A stretch of DNA of 64,000 nt from a virus (IMGVR_UViG_3300035204_002571:1-64000), one strand, 5' to 3'. Positions 1 to 10,441 are shown, counted from the stretch's first letter. Program-made: numbers and translations. Notes: generated from the letters alone by a model not told the origin.

Positions 1-311
1 ACAAAAGAAGAGGCGACGGAAGAGTTATGGTTATGTTTGGAGATACCGTAGAAGATCTAAAGCTAGGTCCTCATGCGCATCTTGAGCAACAATATGAGCC
101 AGCCTGCTGGACCTTGCCTAATCCAGCAATTAGAGATAGAGATTTAATTGTAAGGTTTGATTTCAATGATGATGTAGAATATATTTACGAAGTCTTAGAT
201 GTAACAAAAGATAAGTTGTTTTATAGGCACTTTACAAGGCAGAGGTTAAGGTTAAAGAGATTAGACAAAACAGATATCGTTTATACTTATCCATATAGTT
301 TGAACGATTAG
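1..311 (+). CDS. Partial (5'-truncated) putative neck/head-closure protein
   Basis: Frame is open from the window edge (KRRGDGRVMVMF...). The beta-rich C-terminus 'WTLPNPAIRDRDLIVRF...YEVLDV...RQRLRL' resembles head-closure/neck proteins. It lies upstream of the tail genes. Confidence 0.4.
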   Translation, partial: KRRGDGRVMVMFGDTVEDLKLGPHAHLEQQYEPACWTLPNPAIRDRDLIVRFDFNDDVEYIYEVLDVTKDKLFYRHFTRQRLRLKRLDKTDIVYTYPYSLND

Positions 312-319
312 GAGGTATA

Positions 320-583
320 ATGTATTGGATTAAAAACACATCAGGAAAGCCAGACGCCATGTTAACATTCGCATTTCTGGCTTTCTCAGTGGTAACATTA
401 AATATTTTGTTATCCACTTTTGGTAGAATATCTTTTAAAGAGTTTGAAATAGGCTTTCAGTCTATGGAGGCTGCAGCTATGACTGCATATCTTGCAGCAA
501 CATTTACAGCATACGTGACCAGACGTTGGACGGACAGAAAATATACTGCTGACATGGAAGGCGGGGAAAACGAAAGTGAGTGA
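320..583 (+). CDS. Holin-like small membrane protein (2 predicted TM helices)
   Basis: 87 aa with two hydrophobic helices (LTFAFLAFSVVTLNILLS; AAAMTAYLAATFTAYV), a charged C-tail (RRWTDRK...ENESE) and a strong SD (AGGAGG). Confidence 0.5.
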   Translation: MYWIKNTSGKPDAMLTFAFLAFSVVTLNILLSTFGRISFKEFEIGFQSMEAAAMTAYLAATFTAYVTRRWTDRKYTADMEGGENESE

Positions 584-947
584 AGAAGAAACTGAAGATA
601 AAAAAACTTTTGGAAGTGCAGTTTGCGGCTTTTTCAAGGGTGTTGGATTAAAGGTAAAATTAATATTTGGAGCTATAGTAGGCATATTTGGATTTATATC
701 TATTTTTCTTTTAAGAAAAAAAATAAATTCTCGTGCAATTCTTGAATTAGAATTGAAAAAAGCAAGAGAAGAATTTGAAATAGAAAAGGCACAAGAGGAG
801 ATAGATAGAAATGATGGAAAGATTTTACTTTTAGAAGAGAGAATTAAAGATCTCAAAGAGGAGATAGAAAAGCTTGATGAGTTTGAGGCACGTAAAGAGG
901 TTTCAGAAGAAGAGCTTGATGAATTTTTTGATGAACGAGGATTTTAA
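576..947 (+). CDS. Membrane-anchored coiled-coil protein (i-spanin-like)
   Basis: N-proximal TM (LIFGAIVGIFGFISIFLL) followed by an E/K-rich coiled coil; overlaps the holin-like gene. Confidence 0.4.
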   Translation: MSEEETEDKKTFGSAVCGFFKGVGLKVKLIFGAIVGIFGFISIFLLRKKINSRAILELELKKAREEFEIEKAQEEIDRNDGKILLLEERIKDLKEEIEKLDEFEARKEVSEEELDEFFDERGF

Positions 948-1159
948 TGTTAAAGAAAATAAATAAACTTATACTTTTTTCTAAAAAAGAAAATAACGAA
1001 ATATATAATAAACTTGTATCTATTGCACAAAAGATTGAAAATAGACTTTCATCTGGAGAAAATTATCTTTCATTAAATACGAAAGTAATGGAAGGGCTGA
1101 TTGATGCAAGCAAGGTTGATGTAGAAAAAGGTTTAGGTCAGATAGGGGTAGAGGTATGA
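947..1159 (+). CDS. Hypothetical protein (70 aa)
   Basis: Translationally coupled on both sides (TAATG and ATGA overlaps). Confidence 0.6.
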   Translation: MLKKINKLILFSKKENNEIYNKLVSIAQKIENRLSSGENYLSLNTKVMEGLIDASKVDVEKGLGQIGVEV

Positions 1160-1626
1160 GGGTGATTTTGAATCAATTTATTTCGATGGCCGTGATAGTA
1201 TCGATTATATTTGCTCCAAGCATTAGTTGGGCCGGAGATGTCGTTCCTGCAGGAACAGAGCTTACAGAGGACTCCTACGTCTTTACGATAGAAGAGGCTA
1301 CAGCGCTCCTTACAAGAGTAGAAGAGCTAGAGGCAAAAGAGTTGGAGCTAAATAAATATAAAGAACTAGAAGCATTAAGGCTTCAGCAAATAGATTTATA
1401 TAAACTTAATCTAGATTATTCGCAATCTCAAATGGAAAGATATGCTCAATTAAATATAACAAATCAAGATCTTATTGATCGTTATAATAAAAGAGATAGA
1501 TTGCAAACTTGGGAGAATATAGGATTTTTAGCATTAGGTATGGCATTAACAGTAGGCGCCTTTGTGGCGGCAGATGCCATAACCGACCAGATGGAAGCAA
1601 GTAGTGCAACTTCAATTAGTTTCTAA
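1156..1626 (+). CDS. Exported coiled-coil protein with C-terminal TM (spanin-like candidate)
   Basis: SPI-type signal peptide ending SWA|G, central coiled coil, C-terminal hydrophobic helix GFLALGMALTVGAFVAA; no lipobox Cys. Confidence 0.4.
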   Translation: MRVILNQFISMAVIVSIIFAPSISWAGDVVPAGTELTEDSYVFTIEEATALLTRVEELEAKELELNKYKELEALRLQQIDLYKLNLDYSQSQMERYAQLNITNQDLIDRYNKRDRLQTWENIGFLALGMALTVGAFVAADAITDQMEASSATSISF

Positions 1627-1638
1627 TACTAATTATTT
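1627..1638 (+). promoter_or_regulatory. Candidate late-promoter motif TAYTAATWAT (copy 1)
   Basis: TACTAATTAT begins exactly 50 nt before the ATG at 1677; same spacing at 12099 and 51674. Confidence 0.5.
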
Positions 1639-1676
1639 TTTAATGAATATAGATATTAAAACTATAAGGAATATTA

Positions 1677-4600
1677 ATGGCAAAATCAAATTATCCAGAT
1701 AAGCTAGATACGTCTATCGAAATACCTGCAGTTAGAGATAATATTATTGAAGTTGGCTCAGATGTTCTCAATAGTGTGCGAACAGCTATATTTCAAATAG
1801 AAAGAACCTTGGGAATAAATCCTCAAGGCGCTGTGGGTAATACCGTTTCCGATAGGCTGAACAAAGCTTTGGATGGAAATGGAAATATTTTAAAAACAGC
1901 TCTTGACAGAGCAAATGTTCTTAGCGGTCCAATTACAGATAAAGATGTATCTAAAACGGCCGCCATCAATGAGAGCAAGCTAAGGTTAGACTATCCTACT
2001 CAGCTATTGCAAGACGAAGTATCTCAACTGATAAGTCAGCTAGATATGATCATGACAACCTTAGAAGAGCTTGCCGTGCTATTGAATGCCCATGTTCATC
2101 CTGATGCAACAAATAGACATTATGGCAAAGCAATCACAATAGAGTCAATCGACTCTACATCATCTTCAACAGGAATGGTGTCTACAGAAACAGTTACAGC
2201 TCAAGATCTTTTTGAAGGAATCTTTCAGTCTCATATAAATTATGATGGCAGTGACATATCAAAGTCTAATAGGTCGCATGAAGCAGATCAGGTATTTTTT
2301 GAAAACGAAGAAGTATCTGCATATACTAACGCAGAGGATGTCCAAGAGGCTATTGAGGATGTTTTTGGATACACTGTTGGTCAACTTGATATTCATCAGA
2401 ACAAACAGCATGACAACGGTATATTAAGAACCTCTATAATTGTTTCTGCAGAAGAAGATGATGAAGGATTTTTGCTGCTTGATGACCAATTGGTCGAGTA
2501 TGACGCGACAAGTCCTACAAACATATATCAATCGGTAGTTGTTCGATTCCCAACGCCACCAGATACGCCCGACACAGAAATAAGAAAATCAGATATATTA
2601 AAAATTACAGATAGTTCTGGATCAACTGAATACCAGGTATATAAAGTTAACTACTCACTTGATGGTTCTACCATAGAAAATATAGAAGTCTTTGGGCACT
2701 TTCCTGAGGCATCAGAGGTTGCAGCTCAGGCAAGAGTCTATAAGAATATAAATAGTGAAGCAAATCACGCCGGCCTATTAACTTGTTGCAGAGAATATCA
2801 GTCTACAACTGGAACCTCATATAGTAATGCAGACATAATACAGGTTGCAAATCCAGATTCAGCTACAATTATATCAAAAAATATAAATCCATCGGAAACT
2901 ACTTTGATATCAAACCGATATTTTAACATAACGGTCGACGATGGGAGCGAGATTGAGCTTGATATATATGAAAGCGCTGCACCTGCACAAAGCTTGGATA
3001 CTATAATAAAGAGTTTAAATGCTCAATTCGCAGAACATGGAGCAAGCGTTTCTGCCTACAGGGTAGACTTTGATGAAAATAGGCCTTCCGAATTAGCGCT
3101 TGTTCACTCGCTTCCCAGTGATTCATCTGCATCTAGAACGTTAACAGTGTCAAGAGGTGATGATGATGCACTGGACTCTTTGGGTTTAGCATCTTATGAA
3201 GACATAACTATAGATGCCGGCCTTGGAACGATATACTATATACAAGGAAAGGCTTATAATACTTTGGGCACAAAGCTGGAAGAAACAGGGCTAAACCTCT
3301 TGGAGGGAACCTCGTCTGTAACCTCTTCGTCTGTAGACTTTGTAGAGTCTGGGGTAAAAGAGGGTGATTTATTAATAATCTCTGGATCTGCAAGCGATGA
3401 TGGAACATATGTTGTTATATCTGTAACATCTAGCAGCATTACTTTGGACAACAATCAGCTATCTGGCGGAAGTTGGGCCGGAGCTTCTGATGATGATACG
3501 GCATTTTATATATATAACAATTCTATATCTTTAAGGCTTATGCAATTTGACACCTCCTCCTCAGGCGGTTCGAATGGAGCAATTGTAGATGTTTTTATGG
3601 ATTATAATAGGGATATATTTTACAATGTAAGATTGGAATACGGAATAGAGGCAAATTCAGGCGGAAATAGTCTTGTTTCTATTGTAAATTTCGAAGGAGA
3701 TCCATCTGTATACACAGAAGACGATGAAGGAGTTTTGTTTGTAGAAGAATCTGTCGATGGGCATCCTCTTTTATCTTTGGATGGCGGGCCAACAGTAGAG
3801 CTAAAGGGGTCAGAGAATACTTATATAGAATTGAAGTCTGGAAGATATGATTTAAAACTATTTATTTATATTGAAAATTCTGCTTTTATATCATTATTTT
3901 TGGCCACAAGCGATATAACAATGCGCCTGTATGGCTTTGAGGGCATTAATGAGGAAGAGAATCTGCTTCTTTCAAGAGCCTTATTTGAGTCTGGAACGTC
4001 CAGAGTGGCTGGAGCAGGCGCTGATTATCCCAGGTTATTTAGAAGACTGAGAAGGGGGAATCTATCCCAAAAAGATTTTGGAACTGATGCGATATATGCA
4101 AACCAGCAAAGGCCATTAAAAGAAACTAGATCAAACGGTGTAATATCAGGTCTTGAGGTAAGTCCATCAGATGAGCCTATAAATGATGAAAATCATTATG
4201 TATTAGATATAGTTCCTGGCGTTTGCTATGTAAAGGGAAAGAGGTTTGAGATTGGCTTAAAAGAAAATCTTGTAACAGGATTATCTTCAGATGATACAGA
4301 TAATATTTTTGTAGCAGTTGACGAATGGGGAAGCCTTGTTTTTGCATCAGCAGACGGCACGACCTGCGAATGTCCTTTTGATCCATATAATTACTGCATT
4401 TTAAGCTCTATAGAATATGATAGTGTAAATGTTGTCGCTGTAGATATGAGGCTTTTTATTGATAATCTTGACCTTACAGTCCTTAATTCGATTACAGTTA
4501 GTCCCCAGAAAGGCATGGGACATTTTTCTGATATCGGATCTGCTATAAAATATGCTAAAAGATTTTCAAAACTATACTCTAAGGCCGGAGTTCCGACTAT

Positions 4601-6845
4601 TCACTTGAAGTCTGGTGTTCATAAGGTTGTCATGAATACGGGCACTGATTTAGGAACTATTGATCAGAGTATAATAAGACAAATATCTTCAGATTATGGT
4701 TTTTATATAAACTTTCCTGTCAATATTACAGGGGAAGGCTATTCTACTGTTATAGATGCCATGAAGTTGTTTAACTCTCAAGATGAAAGCGATGACGACA
4801 GAGCAGTTGCTGGAAGTGCAGATAATGACGCTTGGCTGGTTATAGCCGGACCAAGCCTAACATCAACGCCAGACGGAAACTCTGATGTTATAAGCAATGG
4901 TTTTGTAAATTTAAGTAATTTCAGAATGAATTTGTGCGGAGTAAGGATATATGACGGAACAATAAAGGATCTATCTGGAAACAAGTTAAATTGGGGAGTT
5001 AATATCTCTGATGTTATATTTGACCATTCTGAAAAAGAAAATTTTGGGCAATATAATTGGGGAGTTGACATAAGAAAAGAGGATGCAGGTGCTGGTATAG
5101 ACTTTGGTAATGTAATTATTTCAAATTGTCAATTTTTAAATTCTATAATAAAAACAGTAGATATAAATGCAGAATATCATAAAAATATAAGTATTTTAAA
5201 CAATATATTTAGAGGATCTGGAGACGGGAATCTCGACGGCTCTGGAAATTATGCCTTTTACACAGGAGGCGCTGGTCATATTTTTGATTTTGATGCCACT
5301 CCTTCTGTAAATAATATAGAATTCAGAGGAAATATAATTGCAGATAATGATGGCGGAACAGAAGCTTATATTGATCCAAATAGTAACTTCCCATGGGGTG
5401 ATAGAATAAGCAGAAACTTGGTAGTGGGCGGCGGTGTTGGTATCGGAGTATCAAATCCATACAATACTGAGACCCTGGATAGCCCTGTCCTGCTTCATAT
5501 GAAGAGTAACGAAAATGAAGCAACAATTGTTATGGAAGAGCATATTAACGCTATAGGTGGCCCAGATGTTTTATTTCAGAAGTCACGCGATGGAGGTCTT
5601 GTTGCAGACGGGGATCGGATAGGAACTATTTTTGCATACGGCCATGATGGATCAAATTTTGAATTGGCTTGCGGTATTCGATTCCTAGTAGGAGGCGCCA
5701 CTGATACGAACGATATTCCTGGGGAGATTCGTTTTAAAACTAGATCAATAGGCGATACAAATCACAAAACCAGACTTACTATAAAAGAGGATGGAAACAT
5801 TGGGATTGGAGAAGAATTCACGGATCCTTTATACAAGCTGCATGTTATGGGAACATCTAATGATTCTACCATAACTATAGAACAAGACAATCCCGCAATC
5901 AGCGGTCCTGACCTTCGCTTCCTGAAGACCAAAGGAGGCGGGGCGGTTGAGGAGGACGATTATATAGGCAGTATACAATTTTACGGCCATGACGGAGTTT
6001 ATATTACTAATGGCAGGGCGGCCACAATATATGCGAGAGTAGACGAAGCAGATGCGTCTGCGAATGATGTACCGGGCCGTTTAGATTTTTGTACTAGACA
6101 AATTGGAGATCTCCAGGAGAGAGAGAGGCTTACTATAAAAAATGATGGAAAGATTGGAGTTGGCACCGGTCATCCATCTGCACTTTTGCATATATATGAC
6201 GGCGAATCCCAGCCGTGTATTTTAAGAATCGGAGAAAAAGGCACATTTACGCCTGGAGCATTCGATCACACTGAGTCTCTTGATAGTGCAAAGATTGAAT
6301 TTTTAGCAAATGCTGATCACAATTTCGGAGGAGCCTCTATTGAGTATGTAGCAGACGGGCTTGATAATGGTCTAAAAATAAAACCTCTTAATGCAGCCAA
6401 TTCAATCTTTATTGAAGGCGAGAATATTTATATGCCAGACCTATCAAATGGGGTTGAATGGGAGGTGCATTGGGACCAGACCGATGGGAAATTAGTTTAT
6501 TCTGCATCAACAGAGAGAATAAAAAAAGATATTAGGCCTCACAATATTGGGCTAAATGAAGTTTTAGAAATGAATCCAGTACTTTACAAGCTTAAAGGTG
6601 ATGATACAAATACTGATCGCGCAGGCCTGATAGCAGAGGAGTTATATGATGTAAACCCACTTTTAGCACTGCTTATGGATGACTATGAGTTTGATGATAA
6701 GGGCAAGAGGGGTGAGAAAAAATCTGATAATAAAGTTCCTGGAGGATGGAATTCTCAAACCGTTATTAGTGTTTTAATAAATGCTATAAAAGATTTAAAT
6801 GAAAAAGTTTTAAAATTAGAAGATGCATTGTACAATAAGGAATAA
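1677..6845 (+). CDS. Giant tail fibre/tailspike (1722 aa) with beta-helix region, duplicated C-terminal module and Peptidase_S74-type intramolecular chaperone
   Basis: Pectin-lyase-like strands (VNLSNFRM, VNISDVIF, VIISNCQF, ISILNNIF); two 'RLTIK.DG.IG.G'-ending repeats; C-terminal 'STERIKKDI...LEMNPVLY...AGLIAEEL...LINAIKDLNEKV' typical of S74 chaperones. Confidence 0.8.
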   Translation: MAKSNYPDKLDTSIEIPAVRDNIIEVGSDVLNSVRTAIFQIERTLGINPQGAVGNTVSDRLNKALDGNGNILKTALDRANVLSGPITDKDVSKTAAINESKLRLDYPTQLLQDEVSQLISQLDMIMTTLEELAVLLNAHVHPDATNRHYGKAITIESIDSTSSSTGMVSTETVTAQDLFEGIFQSHINYDGSDISKSNRSHEADQVFFENEEVSAYTNAEDVQEAIEDVFGYTVGQLDIHQNKQHDNGILRTSIIVSAEEDDEGFLLLDDQLVEYDATSPTNIYQSVVVRFPTPPDTPDTEIRKSDILKITDSSGSTEYQVYKVNYSLDGSTIENIEVFGHFPEASEVAAQARVYKNINSEANHAGLLTCCREYQSTTGTSYSNADIIQVANPDSATIISKNINPSETTLISNRYFNITVDDGSEIELDIYESAAPAQSLDTIIKSLNAQFAEHGASVSAYRVDFDENRPSELALVHSLPSDSSASRTLTVSRGDDDALDSLGLASYEDITIDAGLGTIYYIQGKAYNTLGTKLEETGLNLLEGTSSVTSSSVDFVESGVKEGDLLIISGSASDDGTYVVISVTSSSITLDNNQLSGGSWAGASDDDTAFYIYNNSISLRLMQFDTSSSGGSNGAIVDVFMDYNRDIFYNVRLEYGIEANSGGNSLVSIVNFEGDPSVYTEDDEGVLFVEESVDGHPLLSLDGGPTVELKGSENTYIELKSGRYDLKLFIYIENSAFISLFLATSDITMRLYGFEGINEEENLLLSRALFESGTSRVAGAGADYPRLFRRLRRGNLSQKDFGTDAIYANQQRPLKETRSNGVISGLEVSPSDEPINDENHYVLDIVPGVCYVKGKRFEIGLKENLVTGLSSDDTDNIFVAVDEWGSLVFASADGTTCECPFDPYNYCILSSIEYDSVNVVAVDMRLFIDNLDLTVLNSITVSPQKGMGHFSDIGSAIKYAKRFSKLYSKAGVPTIHLKSGVHKVVMNTGTDLGTIDQSIIRQISSDYGFYINFPVNITGEGYSTVIDAMKLFNSQDESDDDRAVAGSADNDAWLVIAGPSLTSTPDGNSDVISNGFVNLSNFRMNLCGVRIYDGTIKDLSGNKLNWGVNISDVIFDHSEKENFGQYNWGVDIRKEDAGAGIDFGNVIISNCQFLNSIIKTVDINAEYHKNISILNNIFRGSGDGNLDGSGNYAFYTGGAGHIFDFDATPSVNNIEFRGNIIADNDGGTEAYIDPNSNFPWGDRISRNLVVGGGVGIGVSNPYNTETLDSPVLLHMKSNENEATIVMEEHINAIGGPDVLFQKSRDGGLVADGDRIGTIFAYGHDGSNFELACGIRFLVGGATDTNDIPGEIRFKTRSIGDTNHKTRLTIKEDGNIGIGEEFTDPLYKLHVMGTSNDSTITIEQDNPAISGPDLRFLKTKGGGAVEEDDYIGSIQFYGHDGVYITNGRAATIYARVDEADASANDVPGRLDFCTRQIGDLQERERLTIKNDGKIGVGTGHPSALLHIYDGESQPCILRIGEKGTFTPGAFDHTESLDSAKIEFLANADHNFGGASIEYVADGLDNGLKIKPLNAANSIFIEGENIYMPDLSNGVEWEVHWDQTDGKLVYSASTERIKKDIRPHNIGLNEVLEMNPVLYKLKGDDTNTDRAGLIAEELYDVNPLLALLMDDYEFDDKGKRGEKKSDNKVPGGWNSQTVISVLINAIKDLNEKVLKLEDALYNKE

Positions 6846-6847
6846 TA

Positions 6848-9800
6848 ATGCCAAAGTCAAACTACCCAGATAAATTAGATACGTCAGTAGAGATTCCAGT
6901 AATCAGAGATAATATTACTGAGATAGGCTCTGATGTGCTTAATAGTCTTAGGTCTGCAATATTCAATATTGAAAGATCTCTTGGTATAAATCCACAAGGA
7001 GCAACTGGGAATACTGTTGCTGCAAGATTGTCGAATGCTTTGGACGAAAATGGAAACATTCTTAAAGAAGCCTTGGATCGCTCCAATGTTCTCTCGGGAC
7101 CAATTACAGATTCAGATGTTTCCAAGGTAGCAGCAGTTGACGAAAGTAAACTTCGTCTTAACTATCCAACTCAATTATTGCAAGATCAAATATCAATTCT
7201 GGATAATAAGATTGAGTTATTCATTAAAACTTTAGAGGAATTAAACGCCATAGTCTCTGCTCACGTTCATCCTGATGCAACCAATAGACATTATGCTCAA
7301 GCTATAACCGCTGTTGCTGCAGATGTTGAGGAATCATCCGTGGCAACGACAGCATTGGATGATGGAAATCTTCAAGAAGTTTTGGAAGAAATATATAATG
7401 CGCACATAAACTATACCGGTGAAGGTATTGAGTCGGAAAACAACTCTCACAAAGCATTGCAGCTTTACTATAACAACGAAGACACCTCTGACCTAATATC
7501 TTCATCAAGTGTTCAGGGAGCTATTGACGAATTAGCCTCAATGGAAGGAAAAAGTATAAGGGATGCCAATTTAAATTTTAATTCAAATGGAATAATAAGA
7601 ACCGGATCAGCTTATGATGGGTTTGAAAATGAAGAAGTGGGATCGCTCCTTGTTGAGTCAAGCACTATAACTTACAATTCGCCAGACGGATCAAGCAAGA
7701 GCTTTATATCTTTTGCATCAGGAACAACTCCGTTGGCCGAGGTTAAGCCTTTCGATATATTAACTATATTGGACTCTCCAAATGAAGATGATAATAAAGA
7801 ATATACAATATCAAAAGTTGTATTAACAACAGATGATAATATTGATTACGTAGAACTATTTGGAGGTCCAGCTTATGAGCTTACACCTGGAACCACAGCG
7901 GAAATAACCAAAAGTATATACACCAATTATAATGAGAATGGATTTAACTGTTCGGTTAGGCCAAGATACTTAAAGAGCAATACTCCAGACATACAGGTGG
8001 CGCTACCAAATGCTGCAACAATTATATCCTCAGGAATAAAGCCAAATAATCTTTTGGACGGCTCTGTTGATACAATTGCCTTGGAAATAGATGGTGGAGA
8101 TTCTGTAGAAATAACTCTTTATAATTCAAATTATGAAATACAAACTATTGACACTATAGTTGATGCAGTAAACGAATATGTGGTAGCAAACAAACTAAAT
8201 ATTTTTGCATACAAAATTCGTTCATTAAGATGCTTTGAGCTAGCAATAACTCATGTTCTTCCAAATTTTTCAGAAGATTTAAAAAATCGAACCATAAAAC
8301 TGGTAGAGGCATCATCCAATGATGCATCCGAAGTCCTTGGGATGTCTTATCTTTTAGACAGAGAGGTCGAAGGCTCTGTTGGAAATGCCTATCATATCAA
8401 TGGAAGGCTTTATGAAGATTTTGGACAAATAACGAAATATACGTCGGAATCTCTTTCTATAAACAGTGGAACAACAACCTTGGGGGCTATATCTGCTGAA
8501 TTCATTATCGAGGGAATAAGGGCTGGCGATCTCTGTGTAATAGAGGGTTCTTCTGATCCAGATGATGATGGAACATATAGAATACACTCTTTAACAGATG
8601 AGTTAATCACCCTTGATTCCGCCGGATCATCCTTGTCTGGAGAGCTTTCGGAAGAATCTGCTGTATTTATAATAAGATGTACAGCGCCAGTTGGTGAAAT
8701 GGAATTCGAAGAGATCGACGGACTCATCATGTTTGATGTCTTTGTAAATGAGAATAAAGATATTCATTACTCAAGAAAGATGAACATGGTAGGAAATCTT
8801 CAGGTAGATGAGTTTTACGCCGTAGTGTCTGATGCTTCTAGCGGATTTTTATTAGATGGAGAGGATTACACCCTGGCTATAGATACATCTGGGATGGCAA
8901 CACTAATTCAAAACCCAGGAGGAGCTACCGGAGAGGGAGTTTTCGTAGGTGCCACCGGCACTTATAAAATAATGACTTCGGATGGCATGGCGTTTGTTGT
9001 TCTTGATGTATATACCACGGAGGTTCCGACTGCAAATATAGAATGCAATTTATTGGGATTGAGTGAAGTGAACAGAACGGTACTACACCTTTGCAGAGGA
9101 GTATACTCTACTAAGCTAGGCTTTGTTCTGGGTGACTTGACGCCCGGTTCGGGCGGAGGCGTTCCCAAACTTATAGACAAAAGAATTACCGGAACTACTG
9201 ATGACACCATTATATCAGAACCATTCTTAGAGAGATACATACAGGGGCCGAGAAATGAATTGCGTGGAAGCGGAGTCATAAGGGCGGCAAGCGTAGATAG
9301 CGTTGAAGATAATGGTGATGGAACATGTACAGTAACAGTAAACGCAGGAGTCGTTGTTGTAAATGGTGTTAGATTTGAATATCTTGGAGCATATGATTTA
9401 TTATACAGATATGGCGAAGACGCTGCTGATTTAAACAACTTTTATATTGCATTAGACGGATTCGGATGCTTAGCAGTAGGCGCAGAGGTTGATCCGGCAG
9501 GAGGTACAGATTATATATCTCCATTCGCAGATCAAGTTGTTGCTAACCTTGGGTATGTAGAGCCTACAGGGGTTGCTGCAGAAAGTTTGTCTATAACTGA
9601 TCTCAGACTTTTTGTTGACCATTTAGATTATAAAGTTATAGCAGATATAACGGTTGCTAATGATCAAAGATTTGGACACTTTACGGATATTAAAACAGCT
9701 GTTGATTACGCAAGAATGTTTTCAAAAATGTTTCCCGATATGGGCATTCCGAGCATTTTTATAAAAGAGGGAACATATGAAGTAAGCGAAACAATAAAAA

Positions 9801-10441
9801 TTGATTATGATTTAAATATATCCGGCACAGGAGCGAATACTATAATAAAAAGAAGCGGAGATATGCTTATCGGCGGTGATGGGGTTGATTTCTGGCTATA
9901 CAATGTATTCATCATTGGTGACTTCGAAGATATAACAGATTCCGCTACATACACCTCTTCTGATGATATAATTTATGGAGTAACAATAAAAGATTTAACG
10001 TACAAGCAGGATGACGCATTTAGTGGCCAGGGCTGTGTATTTTTAATAACACAAGAATTAGATGCTGCAACATCGCCAGTTACATTTAGATTTTTAAATA
10101 TAAATTTTATAGGAGACGGAACACCTGCAGATCCAGCAGACTTCCAGGCCAATTCTGACAGTGACCCATGGGAGGTAGCCATAAGATCAGGCATAGGGAC
10201 CGGAACATTTGGAAATCTAATAATAAATGGATGTCACTTTAATTCTATGGGATTCGGAGATGGTCCGGTATATTTGGACGGAAGTTCTGATTTTTATAAT
10301 GTAATTATTACAAACAACATAGCCTTGAACGTTACCAGCGTGTCAGGCTCTTACGGTATAATATCAGACGTCTCTATATCAAGCATTCCTTCCTTAGTAG
10401 GATATGTGGAATCAAGCAATATATCAGATGATCAATATTAG
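6848..10441 (+). CDS. Second fibre/spike, paralog of 1677..6845 (1197 aa), ending in a beta-helix domain
   Basis: Highly similar N-terminus (MPKSNYPDKLDTSVEIP vs MAKSNYPDKLDTSIEIP), colinear to 'GHFTDIKTAVDYA...IFIKEGTY', then beta-helix strands (VTIKDLTY, LIINGCHF, VIITNNIA). Confidence 0.75.
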   Translation: MPKSNYPDKLDTSVEIPVIRDNITEIGSDVLNSLRSAIFNIERSLGINPQGATGNTVAARLSNALDENGNILKEALDRSNVLSGPITDSDVSKVAAVDESKLRLNYPTQLLQDQISILDNKIELFIKTLEELNAIVSAHVHPDATNRHYAQAITAVAADVEESSVATTALDDGNLQEVLEEIYNAHINYTGEGIESENNSHKALQLYYNNEDTSDLISSSSVQGAIDELASMEGKSIRDANLNFNSNGIIRTGSAYDGFENEEVGSLLVESSTITYNSPDGSSKSFISFASGTTPLAEVKPFDILTILDSPNEDDNKEYTISKVVLTTDDNIDYVELFGGPAYELTPGTTAEITKSIYTNYNENGFNCSVRPRYLKSNTPDIQVALPNAATIISSGIKPNNLLDGSVDTIALEIDGGDSVEITLYNSNYEIQTIDTIVDAVNEYVVANKLNIFAYKIRSLRCFELAITHVLPNFSEDLKNRTIKLVEASSNDASEVLGMSYLLDREVEGSVGNAYHINGRLYEDFGQITKYTSESLSINSGTTTLGAISAEFIIEGIRAGDLCVIEGSSDPDDDGTYRIHSLTDELITLDSAGSSLSGELSEESAVFIIRCTAPVGEMEFEEIDGLIMFDVFVNENKDIHYSRKMNMVGNLQVDEFYAVVSDASSGFLLDGEDYTLAIDTSGMATLIQNPGGATGEGVFVGATGTYKIMTSDGMAFVVLDVYTTEVPTANIECNLLGLSEVNRTVLHLCRGVYSTKLGFVLGDLTPGSGGGVPKLIDKRITGTTDDTIISEPFLERYIQGPRNELRGSGVIRAASVDSVEDNGDGTCTVTVNAGVVVVNGVRFEYLGAYDLLYRYGEDAADLNNFYIALDGFGCLAVGAEVDPAGGTDYISPFADQVVANLGYVEPTGVAAESLSITDLRLFVDHLDYKVIADITVANDQRFGHFTDIKTAVDYARMFSKMFPDMGIPSIFIKEGTYEVSETIKIDYDLNISGTGANTIIKRSGDMLIGGDGVDFWLYNVFIIGDFEDITDSATYTSSDDIIYGVTIKDLTYKQDDAFSGQGCVFLITQELDAATSPVTFRFLNINFIGDGTPADPADFQANSDSDPWEVAIRSGIGTGTFGNLIINGCHFNSMGFGDGPVYLDGSSDFYNVIITNNIALNVTSVSGSYGIISDVSISSIPSLVGYVESSNISDDQY

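Noticed and set aside
1677-7300. Diversity-generating retroelement TR/VR pair suggested by the repeated fibre 5' ends
   Set aside because: Differences look mostly synonymous and are not adenine-specific, both copies are coding N-termini, and no reverse transcriptase is present.
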